A stretch of 64,000 bases of DNA from Basidiobolus meristosporus CBS 931.73 (GCA_002104905.1 MCFE01000429.1:1-64000); one strand, 5' to 3'. Counted from the stretch's first letter, positions 1-11,014 are shown. Notes: generated by a model from the sequence alone, not told the origin. Numbers and translations are program-made.

Positions 1-1612
1 GCCCATCCCACTTGCACTTGATCAAAGGAGAATCCATAATGTGCTCAAGAGGCTTCCCAACTCTACTGCTCCAGGTGTGGACACAATCTCCTATGAGCTT
101 CTGAAGACTAGTACCAAGGCCATGTCTGCACTTCTGCTTCCACTGTTTCAGCAATGCTCAGCCCAGCTTTCTACTCCTGAGGAATGGTCCTTTGCAAATG
201 TTCTGCCACTGTACAAGGGTAAAGGAAAGCACCTGGATCCTAGCTCCTACAGGCCAATATCTCTGCTGCCCACCTGCAGAAAGGTGTTTGAGCTTCTGCT
301 TGCTCAGGAGCTCTACTCTGACTCCCTCAAGTTTCATCCTGCACAGTTTGGCTTTGTTCCTGGCCTCTCCTTGGAATATGCAGTCATACTTAGCCAAGAT
401 CACTCTCTCCAGTGCAAGTATCCCTCTGTTCTGTTTGATATTACTAAGGCCTTTGATTCAGTTGACAGAAATCTGCTTTGGTCCAAGTTGCAATGCTTCT
501 CCAGTACCTCTCTCACCCTCCTTGTCAGGTCTCTGTTTCTGGATCCACAAGCAAGAATTCTGCACCCAAGTGAGCAATCAGCTGTGTTCTCAGTTCCTAA
601 TGGAGTGGTTCAAGGCTCTGTGCTTGGTCCTATACTGTTTGCCATCTTCCTGAATGATTTCCCAAGACTCTCAGCTGACTGCCTGGTTACTCTCTTTGCT
701 GATGACATCAGAATATCCTCCTCCAATGTGCAACAAGACTCCCAGACCATCCACCAGTATCTGCAGAAGAATAATCTCCAGCTTTCCATTGCAAAGACAG
801 TACCTTTGGGCTCTCCCATCAACTTGGAGAACTCCACTCTACCTGCTCAGGTTTCTGCTACATATCTTGGCTTTCCTTTCCTTCCTACTGGACTAGACTC
901 TGGAGCACACCTGAAGAAGAGAATTATCCTGGCAAGACAGGCACTCCACAAGCTACTGGCTGTTACTCCTCCTACAACTTCAGCTCCCAGCTGCCTCCTT
1001 CTACTCAAGCAGTTTGTCTTCCCTGTCCTGGAATTTGGCTTACCACTTCTCTCTCTTACTTCTAGAGACTGCACTAAGCTTGACAAGTTTGCAGTATGGT
1101 GCATTACCTCCTTGGTGCCTCATTTGCCTGAATGCCCCTACAGACATGCTATTCTTGGTGCTTTTGGGTTTATGCCCTATAAGATCAGACTTCTCTACCT
1201 TAGAACCAGATTATACCTCAGACTTCACAACTGCAACAACCCACTGATTAAGGCCTGGAAGAGAACACACCACACAACACCTGGCTCCTGCTGGAGAACT
1301 ATACTTGGAGATCCTGAAGTCAAGAAGTTTGCTCAATTTATTCTGCAGTCAGAAAAACCCAAGCTGGCCTACCTGAAGTACTTGACAGACCTTTGGCAGC
1401 AATATCTGCAGCAGCACACTCCCTTTATGATGAATATCAATCCTTATCACATTCCCCTCATTAATGTTGTTCACAAGTCATTCTTACCTCTCTTGCTACC
1501 CCCCTTCCCACTGAACAGTGTCTTGAGCACTGAAGAACTATCATCACTTCTTATTAACTTACCTACAAATTCCCCTCAGCTACACACTCTTGTATCAAAG
1601 CTACAACAGTAG
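1..1612 (+). mobile_element. Non-LTR (LINE-type) retrotransposon reverse transcriptase ORF; frame open past the window start
   Basis: ORF 41..1612 has LINE RT motifs in order: APGVD, SYRPISLL, QFGF, DITKAFDSV, QGSVLGPILF, LFADD, YLG. The frame is open upstream to the window edge. No introns. Almost no CpG. Confidence 0.92.
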
Positions 1613-1613
1613 C

Positions 1614-1682
1614 GCTGGCTTCTTTGTTTCAACTGAAATAAAGATTTCACCTGTTGGTGACTGTCTCCCCCCCTAACCCTAA
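1614..1682 (+). repeat. 3'-terminal motif copy A (GCTGGCTTCTTT...AAATAAAGATTTCACCT...TGGTGACT...CCCTAACCCT)
   Basis: Starts just after the RT stop codon and aligns by eye with 2504..2587. Contains AATAAA and a TCACC/GGTGA hairpin at 1647-1660. Confidence 0.85.
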
Positions 1683-1725
1683 ATCCTCACTCCACCCCAT
1701 CTTACCATCTTCTTCTTATTTCTTG

Positions 1726-2455
1726 ATGCCTTCACTCCATTCCCTTCAGATTTCCTTCCTTGAGGAAAGGCTTGCACTTGTTGAAGCTGAAAATGCTTTA
1801 CTCAAGAAGCAAGTTCAAAAGCTGTTTTCTGCCTTCTCTGATCTGCAAGAATCTATTGTCCCTGTGCCAACTCTTCCTGTCAACAAGACTCCCCAAGAAT
1901 CATCTGCTCCTGCTCACTCTTCCTACTCTGAAGCTGTCAAAAAGCCTGTTCCTGCTTCCTCAAGACATCCTGCTGCTCCTCCCAAGACTAAAAGAAAGTT
2001 TCCTGCCACTTCTGATTTACCTCCTGCTACTGACTGGGCTGTCTGCTACTTTGCCAATGTGGAGTTTATTCCTATATCTGAGCATAGGATGTATCTCAAG
2101 CAACAAGGTTACAACTTATCCAAGATTGTTAATCATGAGATTTATCAACCATCACACTCTGGAGGTAGTACTTGACAAAAGTATTGCTAAAGAGTTCTCT
2201 CAAAATGTCTCTGACCAGTTTTACTGGGAACCTACTGACCATGCCTTTAAAGAGTTTCCTGATTCTCCAGTTTACAAGACCTTCTCATTAGAGGAATCTC
2301 TGCTCTCAAGATTCACTTCACTTATCAAAAACTCCCCTTCACCTGCTGTTACCCACTTCTTAAAAGATTATTATATCTCTCAAGCTTATCTACTTCACTC
2401 CCCCATGAACCTGAACTCCAGTGTACTCTGGGATACTGCCTTAACTTTAGCTTAG
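1726..2455 (+). pseudogene. Retroelement ORF1/Gag-like protein, frameshifted near 2134
   Basis: N-terminal coiled coil (LEERLALVEAENALLKKQVQKL), SYSEAVKK motif and a P/S-rich linker. ORF 1654..2175 joins ORF 1760..2455 (KIVN/MRFINHHTLEVVLD) if one base near 2134 is removed. Same CpG-free composition as the RT. Confidence 0.6.
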
Positions 2456-2503
2456 ATTTATTCATATTCAACTTAGTGTTTACTTTGGGATCTTCTATTC
2501 CCA

Positions 2504-2587
2504 GCTGGCTTCTTTATTTGTAGTTAGACTTCTCTGAAATCAAATAAAGATTTCACCTACCTTGGTGACTTTCCCTCCCCTTACCCT
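2504..2587 (+). repeat. 3'-terminal motif copy B
   Basis: GCTGGCTTCTTT at 2504, AAATAAAGATTTCACCT at 2542-2558, TTGGTGACT at 2562-2570, then CCCTTACCCT. Matches copy A. Confidence 0.85.
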
Positions 2588-2589
2588 CT

Positions 2590-2835
2590 TGAGCATTGAA
2601 TTAGCAATTTGTCTTTAACATTGACGCAAATGCAGTTAAAGGCACTTTGTTAGTTCTTCTGGTACATTAAGGCTTCCTCTCCCATGTTTTTAGGAGGGCA
2701 TTCTTCTCCCATGACAATATCCCAAATGCCTCTTTCTTGTAGCAGCATCTTCAACTTCACCTTCCACTCTAGGTAGTTATATCAATCCAACTTTTCAGCA
2801 GAGGGAAAAATTCCAGTAATAGCAGTAGTAGATAT
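2590..2835 (-). pseudogene. Ty1/Copia gag N-terminal remnant
   Basis: Minus-strand translation FPSAEKLD*YNYLEWKVKLKMLLQERGIWDIVMGEECPP...KN*QSAFNCICVNVKD fits the Copia Gag pattern KL..NY..WK..M..LL....LW.IV.G. In-frame stops at 2782-2784 and 2650-2652. Confidence 0.8.
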
Positions 2836-2854
2836 TGCAGAGAGGGACAGCTTG

Positions 2855-2866
2855 GGGCTCATAACC
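2855..2866 (-). promoter_or_regulatory. Copia primer-binding site GGTTATGAGCCC
   Basis: Immediately follows the LTR end (...CAACA) and precedes the gag remnant. It matches the Copia-type PBS attributed to an internal tRNA-iMet fragment. Confidence 0.85.
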
Positions 2867-3014
2867 TGTTGTAGAGTAGTAGGAAGTGATTGGGAGAACA
2901 AGTAGATTATGTGGTTTTCACTTGATGATTTATTGAAAGTAAAGTAGTATTTATACTTTTACATGGCCTTGGCATAACAATACGTATAAAAGATTAAGGA
3001 AGGTCCCAAGAACA
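2867..3014 (-). mobile_element. Copia LTR (~148 bp, TG...CA)
   Basis: Reads TGTTCTTGGGACC...CTCTACAACA on the minus strand, with internal TATAAATA and AATAAA. Aligns with 3668..3826. Confidence 0.8.
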
Positions 3015-3540
3015 TGTGTGCAAAGTCTGAGGCTGTTTGGACAATTTTGAGAATTTTCATGTTCTGGGTACCGGGTATTTTGGTTAAAATATTCTAGGTA
3101 TCCTGACAGGGAATTTGGTCAGTATTCTCTAGGATTTGAAGGTAATGATCTAAATGACCAAGTTAGGTGAATATTTAGGTGGAATTACAAATTTTACAAC
3201 AGTAAAACCACATAATGTACTGGTTGCCCTGATCACTTCCAATATTGCCAAAGCTCTTACAACAAATATCAAGTACACAGAACACAAAGCTTCTCAATGC
3301 TGACCTAACAGCCCCAAGCTTTCCACATATGTTCTGTTGCACCAAGGTATTCACTTGACTTGGTCACTTAATACATTACCTACAAATCTTAGAATATATT
3401 TAGAAAGGTCCCAAAAAGAATGTGTGCAAAGACTGGGGCTGTTTGGACAACCTTTGGAATTTCCATCTCCTGAGTACCTGATATTTTGGTGAAAATTTTC
3501 CAAGTAAACATCAACCAGGAACTTGAACTGAATTCTTTAT
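3015..3540. repeat. Degenerate repeat mosaic between the LTR copies
   Basis: 3015-3135 recurs directly at 3421-3540. About 3140-3180 recurs inverted at about 3345-3390. A minus-strand LTR 5'-end fragment lies at about 3390-3420. Confidence 0.6.
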
Positions 3541-3667
3541 GTGCTTGTTTTGCCAAGATCGTGAAAAAATATAAATATCACTTTCTCATTCAATAAATCA
3601 TCTGGTGAAAACCACATAGTCTACTTATTCTCCCAATCACTTGCAATATCTCCAGAGCTCTACAACA
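3528..3667 (+). mobile_element. Degenerate Copia LTR (5' end eroded)
   Basis: TCAATAAATCATCTGGTGAAAACCACATAGTCTACTTATTCTCCCAATCACTT...CTCTACAACA matches the 3' two-thirds of the 2867..3014 LTR. Confidence 0.7.
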
Positions 3668-3826
3668 TGCTCTTGGGACCTTCCTGAACATATTCTACAT
3701 GATTACTATGCCATGATCATGTAAAATTATAAATACTACTTTAAAATTCAATGAATCGATAAGTAAAAACCATATAATCTACCTGTTCTTCCGATCTCTT
3801 CCAATCTCTCCAAGACTTTTACAATA
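3668..3826 (+). mobile_element. Copia LTR (~159 bp) followed by a degenerate PBS
   Basis: TGCTCTTGGGACCTTCCT...TTTTACAATA aligns end to end with the first LTR. It is followed by GCTTTATGGTCC, a decayed PBS-like sequence. Confidence 0.75.
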
Positions 3827-4224
3827 GCTTTATGGTCCATATTGGATATCTTCCACTTGGCACTGTTGCCTTCCTCATGCTTTTGCATGTTGCAAACAAA
3901 TTTTTCTAAAAGAACTATTTATTTCTTCGACCAGGGACCAGAAAGATGGAGTCTAATGCTATCGTACTGAGATAAACTATTTACTTGCACCTGAAAGAGA
4001 TACTCCCCCTCCGTAAATCATTCTTAGCAAGGATACCAAACAACCCCACAAACTTCAAATATTACTAATCCTCTCTAGTAGCACATTGAATCCATGATCA
4101 ACATTCCGGTTAGTGACGCTAATTGGTCAATTTGTGTACGTTTAAGCCACTATCGATTTGCCCGCGACTAGCGCTGCTATATAAGCACGTCTACACAAAC
4201 AATGAGCATCAATCAGAAATCGAT

Positions 4225-5711
4225 ATGCCTACTGCCTCGAAACTGTCTACTCGCAAAATCGGTGATGCTCAGGTTACCGCTATAGGTTATGGCGCAATGG
4301 TACATCTCTTTTCCTGAATGAAATCTTGCCCTTGCTCAGACCAGGCTCCTAGGGAATTGGTGGCGCTGGATATGGATCCGCTGGCTCTGACGACGAACGC
4401 TTCGAAGTAAAACTGCTTTCCAATCCATGGGGAAGTCTTGACTGACCTCATATCTCCGTGATCTAGTTCCTCGACAAGCTATACGAGTCCGGGTGTACTA
4501 ATTGGGATACTGCTGATATTTATGTAAGCGGAATTTAGAAGGGATTTTGCCAGTTGACGCTGATCACAATCCATTTCGTACCAACCCCCAAGGGTGATAG
4601 CGAGGATTTGCTTGGGAAATGGTTCAAACGCACCGGGAAGCGGAATGAGATTTTTCTCGCCACGAAATTTGGCATCACCCCAAGCGGAATTAACGGCAAG
4701 CCCGAGTAGTAAGTCTATTCAATTACATAATGAAGGAAGAATGGAAGTTTGCTGAGCATGGATTCCCAGTGTTCGCTTGTCGGTGGAAAAATCTCTTGCG
4801 CGCCTGGGTGTCGAGCAAATCGATCTGTATTATTTACATCGTGTCGATGGCTCCACCCCCATTGAAACAACTATGCAGGCCTTGGCTGAGCTAGTGAGGT
4901 AAGATGCGACTACATATCCATGTCGAGAATTTACGAGCCTATCTTTGCCAGGGAAGGAAAAGTGAAATATATCGGCTTATCGGAGCCTTCTCCAAAAGCA
5001 CTTCGTCGAGCACACCAAATCCACCCCATCAGTGCGATTCAAGTAGAGGTAGTGCTCTACGTGTATCTATTGTAAATGCATTTTCCTGATGACCCTCTTA
5101 GTATTCGCCTTTTGCCCTTGACATCGAACAGAAAGGCCACCTCCTCGATACGGCTCGTGAATTAGGAGTCGCCATAGTAGCGTACTCTCCCCTTGGACAT
5201 GGGCTTCTCACTGGTCAAGTGGTAGGCACTGTTTTTACAATTGGGCACCTACGCCAACGACGCAATATTGATAATCTCCAACTAAACAGCAAACCCATGA
5301 CGAACTCGCAAGGGAAGACTTTCGCAGAACCATTCCGAAATTCGCCAAGGAGAATTTCCCAAAAATACTCGAATTGGTGCAGAAACTGAACGAGATCGGT
5401 GAAATGCATCAAGCAACTCCGGGCCAAGTCACACTAGCTTGGCTTTTGGCCCAGGGCAATGATATCATTCCTATCCCCGGGTAGGTCTATGCATAGTAGT
5501 GGCACTGCATTGTGAATACTAATCTATCCATAGAACCAAGAAAATCAAGTACTTGGAGGAGAATCTGGCTTCACTTTCGGTAAAACTCTCCGATGATGAC
5601 CTTTCCAAGATTCGCCGGTTGGCCCAAATTGCAGGCTCGGAAATTGTTGGGACTCGATATAGTGCAGAGATGAATCAACTCTTGTACGTGGACAGCCCCG
5701 AGCTCCAATAA
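4225..5711 (+). CDS. Aldo-keto reductase (pyridoxal reductase/YakC-like), about 9 exons
   Basis: Spliced by hand: [105 protein letters not shown]. All junctions GT-AG. Confidence 0.9.
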
Positions 5712-7259
5712 TTTATAATATCAGAAAGCGATTGCAGCATGGATATTCCCTTGGGATCGTAGGGGTCACGCTTCCATGTGAAATAAAAGGCAGTTGCTAA
5801 TTGATACGGAACGCACTTTCTTATTAGCGCAATAATATTGTCGTATTGGATATGTTTTCTCCTGAGCAGCAAGCGCACCAAGTAAATGAGCTCATAGAAA
5901 GGTTGTACCCTTCTTGGTCAACTCCTATAGAGTAGCGGGAAAGTCCTTGCAGCTCTAAAACCGGCTCAAAGCATTCACTTTGCCGACTTTTCTAGCAACG
6001 TAACACATTGTGTTTTATCCTGCTATTTTTCATTGCTCCCTCTTTTGCCAATAGATCAGGTAGACTAAACCTGACATAATCAAAGCCAGTTAATAAGCCC
6101 GGTCGATGCTCAGACTTTGAGACCCCCGAGGTTCAAACCCCGATTGATATTGTCAACCCGAAAGAATCGGCTTCCACTTACTTCTACCAGAAAGTAGCCT
6201 ACGGTTAATGATGTTAAATTCGTGATTATCGATATATCGCCATATCATATGGATGCGTGGTTGATTATTTCCAACCCCTTGAATGATACTCTCCCGCATT
6301 GAATGCTCTACAAAAATATGTATGCTGCATTTAACGCAATAAACCAAGTAAAATACTCCGAATTTCCTCTTCTACTGTCTTCATATGGCAGTCATGGAAA
6401 GTGGAATGCGCACCTAGGACACTTGTTGCCTTATTCTAGTACACATGATCAGCGCACAACCTAACTATTCCCGAACTATCGCAACACAGTCATCTGTTTT
6501 GTAAGATACATGTTTTGCATGACTCAATGCTTTCGGAGGAATGAAACAGCATGAGGTGCGGAAAGACTACGAACATTGCATATGTCTTTCGTAGCATATT
6601 GGCATACTCATTCTTATGAACCCTTTCTCTTCATACCTCAAGTTGCATTAATCTCGCAATTCTGTAATCGTATTTGGCAATTATGGACTCCGCCAATGAC
6701 CCTAGATTGCTTCCGAGCTCCTTTTCCACTTGCATTGACTTGAACCCGAACCCTAAACACAATAAGAGCAGCGGTTTTGTTCACCCCTGCCCTTGTTGTC
6801 AGCACGAACCTAGCATATTGCGTTGTGGGAACGTAGATTATGCAGCTCCACATTGATATTATTCTTCCAACTACTGTTGCTCAGAAGATCCCACAGTGCT
6901 TAATCTAAAATTGTACAGCAGCATTATCAAAGATCCTCCAATGGTGAGTTTCTGTCAAATAGCTGGGCCTGACCAGTGATACAAGTAGAATAAATCATGC
7001 GCTGGTCAACGAATACTAATAGATGGGAACTACAGTATCCAATCAACACCAATTCCTAATGGGTAGTTATCAGATGATGAAAAATCCAGAGCCCCACAGT
7101 TTTAACTCCATGCATTGATAATCAGATGGAATGATTGCTGCACACACACACACACCAGAAGTCTGACGGTCTTCTTTCACATGGTGATCACAGCAAGTTG
7201 GAAGGGAATTTATTTACAATCGCGAAGGAATACACAAGGTTCTATTTTCGAAAGAAGTA

Positions 7260-7793
7260 CTAATAGGATTCGGGTAATAATTTCGGGAGGTAGTGCACTG
7301 AGATATTGGTATGTGGGATACGGCGCATCAGTTCAGAAAACCCAGGTAAACTTCCGCCTTCCATCTCAACTGATGGGCCAAAGCATAATTTTGGCGAGGA
7401 CTGGGGAGTTGAGATAGATTCATCGCTTTCAGAATTAGGGGAGTTTGATCGTGGTGCTAGGAAGTTGGGGATGTAGATAGCCTGTGTTTTGGAATCGCTG
7501 GTGATATCATCTATGTGCTTCTTCGGCTTGCGTCCTCGTTTACATGGTCTAGTATGGATTTTCTCATGGCGCACCAATTCATCTAGCCGAGAGAAACGCT
7601 TGAGACAATCTTTGTGCGTGCATTGGTGGGGCTTTTCACCAGTGTGTGTGCGAATATGGCGTGATCTATGTTCTATCCGATAGAACGCCTTCTGGCACAT
7701 TGGGCATTTGTAGGGTCGGGGAACCTCCGCCTTTTTCATACTCTCTAGTAGAGCCGAAGCCTCTTGCGAACTAATAAGATTGTTTGAATTCAT
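7260..7793 (-). CDS. Short CreA/Mig1-type two-C2H2 zinc-finger protein (177 aa)
   Basis: [55 protein letters not shown] closely resembles the CreA/Mig1 DNA-binding domain. Basic NLS-like patch (KRGRKPKK). Intronless. Confidence 0.85.
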   Translation of the reverse strand: MNSNNLISSQEASALLESMKKAEVPRPYKCPMCQKAFYRIEHRSRHIRTHTGEKPHQCTHKDCLKRFSRLDELVRHEKIHTRPCKRGRKPKKHIDDITSDSKTQAIYIPNFLAPRSNSPNSESDESISTPQSSPKLCFGPSVEMEGGSLPGFSELMRRIPHTNISVHYLPKLLPESY

Positions 7794-9490
7794 GATGAAT
7801 GTTGTGAAGACGGGAATTGCAGAATAGCTAATGATTTATATACTGCTCATCCATCTAGCTCAACACCAATCACAGTAAGATCACTACTCTTATCAGATGC
7901 TGCCTTGTGCTACCTCGCTGACGAGTGACCACTTGTTTAGGGTGATTCATCCTGTTTACAGTATGATATTGGATCAGTGTTCGCATACATATGAGAGCAA
8001 TGATGATTAAGACCAGACCTGATCAATCAATCAGATATTCAAGGATTTTAATCAGATGTCCATATTGATTCATCCAAGCGCTTACTATAAAATACTAGGT
8101 CTTGGCTAACTGAATATTTCGTGTTAATTTGGAAAATTTGGTGGGAAAACCAAGTAGTCATGCATATTTACATTTCCATCAGATAAAGTACTGTTTGGTT
8201 GCTGAGCTTGGTATTGGTTACAAGATATTGTCATCTATTTCGAGCGGGTACAAGTAAATAGTCAAAATAGAGGTTGGTTTTTTAAGTAGAATGAACGGCC
8301 TGTCATGTTTTTTGTCAGTTCAAGTACTTCGCTTCAGAGTAATTCCACACATTGCACTGTTTCCCTGTGTAGCCTACCAGCGGTAATCGATACCCCCTAA
8401 CATCCAACTATGGCCATTACGTGTATCTTCAACAGGATCGGCACAACTATTTTAGGAAAGGTAACTGTAGCAGTATGGGAGCATGTAGGAAATGGGTGCT
8501 TCATAATTTCTTCATTTGGGACAAGCAGTTGGTACTTAGAGGTAGCCCAACCTACGCCTTATACTACTTCCTAAGTACTAATACCCTTATAGCCAAAGCC
8601 TTTGCCCAAACGCAGATAATGGTCCCATTATGAGACAGTAGTAAAAGGTATATGCAAGCCACGTGGAGTATTGAGGTATACATCGATTTTTTGTTCACCA
8701 GCTATGGTGACGGCTTTACCTTGTTAGACCATAGCTCCACGACGAGATGATAGCAATAGTAACCTTGCGAGTAACTGCATGGCTCTTAGTATTTATAATG
8801 TGTGGAAAGAGGGCCTTATGATGTAGTGATCCACATGTAATTATCCTATTGCTCGTTAGTAGGATTGTTCACAAGCACTAGGAGTAGATCGACCAGAACG
8901 CCTCTTTTGTGAAGTAACGAATCTGGCACTACTTGGGCCACCGCGAGTATCTATATGACATTAAAAGGAGTATGAAGGGTGGAGCGTGTCATATTTGTGT
9001 GCCCCATAAAACGGGTGGAATGGACCCACTGTAAAGGTCTTTTCTATGATTACAACCATCCTGAAGGGATCGGTAGTCACCATCAACACAGCATTTCATT
9101 ACCAGTATAGAGCAACCCCTTCATGACCTATAGTAGGCTTCTATCGAGCACACCATCGTGCTGATCTCTGCCGCTCTGTATTACACTTGAGAAACATAGC
9201 TAATCGAAAAAAGTTTGGTATTCACGAAGACATTTGGACTTGCTACGCTTTCTGGATTGCAATACCACGCTAAGCACTAGAACACCAAAGATAAGTATTC
9301 GTTCAGAGCGACATTTAAAAAGCGCTAGAAGAGGTTTATTATACAGGAGTCGTATTTTATATGTCGAGGGGCTTGTGTACTATTGCATATCTTCTGGAGG
9401 TGTATATACATTATTACTCAGTTGTATAGTGGTTAGTATTGACGATCGATTACAGGATGTTAGCAGACAAACATGCATTCATGTAGCTAG

Positions 9491-10492
9491 TCAGGGAGAA
9501 GTACTTCTACGAGTGGGCTTAGCAGGGCTCTCTTTACCTTTCACCGCTTTTACTGTGTGGTTTGCTACAGAGCACGGTTGGTCAGTTACTTCGTTGCCAT
9601 TGATTTTTAAATCGTTAAAGCTAGGCAGAGTCACAGGGACACTCAATCTCAAGTTGCTGGAGTTCAGCAGGAATTCCAGATCACTAACCCGGTTCGCAGA
9701 ATCTGGCCAAATGTCGTCCATACTACAACATAATACCTTTTTTCTGAAGTGAAGCAGCCTCTTAAGAAACGATGTTTCGGCAAAAGATTTGGATGGCTCT
9801 GCTCTGACCATCTTGAGTATACTTCTCAAACTGATACCGTCGTCTTTTTCGTAACCGTGCTGCACCGCTGTATCATAGAAGATGGACTTTCCTAGCGGGG
9901 AAAATACCTTGTACGATTCGGCAAGCTTCATGGCAGGTTCGAAATACATCTCGTTCGTCACCGTTTCCTGGATTCTCCTGAATTTTGCATCGGTGCAAGC
10001 GGTTCTTCTCCAGGCCTCGGGAAACCCATTTAGTTTTTTGAAATCGACTTCTGGCCCACACTCTCTAGGATCAGCCATATCTTTTAATGTGGCATAGTAG
10101 GACCTTAACTCACTGGCAGGATTCATTTGCAGATACTTGCTGACTACCGTGTAGACATCTCCGGTGCCTGTAGTAAACCCGACGAGGCCACAAGTGTATC
10201 CTCTAGAATCGTTAAGGTCAACACAGGTTTCATAATCATACGTTGTGGTTCCGTATTCGAAGACATTAGTAATGGTGAGTATCAGAGTGTTTACATCGTT
10301 GCCAAGTTGAGTGAAATTCCCAGTCACCAATTGGTTCATATGTCCTTCGCACCCAACTGGTTTTGCTCTATACAAGGAACACTCCTTGTGACTTTTCGAG
10401 TATTCCCCAACACAAAATTCCGGTTCCTCGCAAGCTACTTGGAACACCCCAATGCTGATAAGCAAAGACATGCCGGGAAGTGATATTTTCAT
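9491..10492 (-). CDS. Secreted GH46 chitosanase
   Basis: N-terminal hydrophobic signal. GH46 motifs FEYG (catalytic Glu), DSRGYTCGLVGFTTGTGD (catalytic Asp) and YDTAVQHG. Intronless, 333 aa. Confidence 0.9.
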   Translation of the reverse strand: MKISLPGMSLLISIGVFQVACEEPEFCVGEYSKSHKECSLYRAKPVGCEGHMNQLVTGNFTQLGNDVNTLILTITNVFEYGTTTYDYETCVDLNDSRGYTCGLVGFTTGTGDVYTVVSKYLQMNPASELRSYYATLKDMADPRECGPEVDFKKLNGFPEAWRRTACTDAKFRRIQETVTNEMYFEPAMKLAESYKVFSPLGKSIFYDTAVQHGYEKDDGISLRSILKMVRAEPSKSFAETSFLKRLLHFRKKVLCCSMDDIWPDSANRVSDLEFLLNSSNLRLSVPVTLPSFNDLKINGNEVTDQPCSVANHTVKAVKGKESPAKPTRRSTSP

Positions 10493-11014
10493 GTTGAATT
10501 CACCAACGAGCAGCTCAAAAGGAAGGACTGACGAGGATATAGAACGAAAGCCCCATAGGTACGGACAATAAGCGCACCTTCCAATGCTAATATACTTATT
10601 TAAAGGTAACGCTTATGCATCTATGCGTAGGTAACAATAGAGGTACTCTCCAAACTATTTAAAAGGCCGATAAACTAGACTCTAGCATAATCACAACTCT
10701 AATTGTTTAGGAGATATTTACTCTTCGGAAGAGACCAGTCTACTGACCCATACACAGTTGTGTAGGGAGATTCTTCATTGTACTCGACTGGAAAACCTCC
10801 TATTGATTTGGAACCGTCAACAGGGTGGTTACCTGCTCACACAACCGTTCACGCGAATGTTGAACAACTTCAACACCGTAACCAGAGATCAACAATACAT
10901 ATCAAGCTTAGGATTGGCATGAAAATGGAGATAGATTTAATAGGAGTTGCTGAATACACATGGTTAAATTGCTCCCAAATATGATGCTTTTCAAAAGATG
11001 AAGCTGTCGATAAA

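Noticed and set aside
6085-6145. tRNA-like segment with a B-box (GGTTCAAACCC) and a CTTTGA loop
   Set aside because: The anticodon and acceptor stems do not pair and the T stem is imperfect. At most a decayed tRNA or SINE fragment. tRNAscan-SE would settle it.
8700-8738. Hairpin AGCTATGGT...ACCATAGCT
   Set aside because: A single 9-bp stem with no recurrence or context, which can arise by chance in 64 kb.
9234-9752. 172-aa plus-strand ORF overlapping the chitosanase 3' end
   Set aside because: Non-ATG start, no recognisable motifs, and partly the antisense shadow of the chitosanase.
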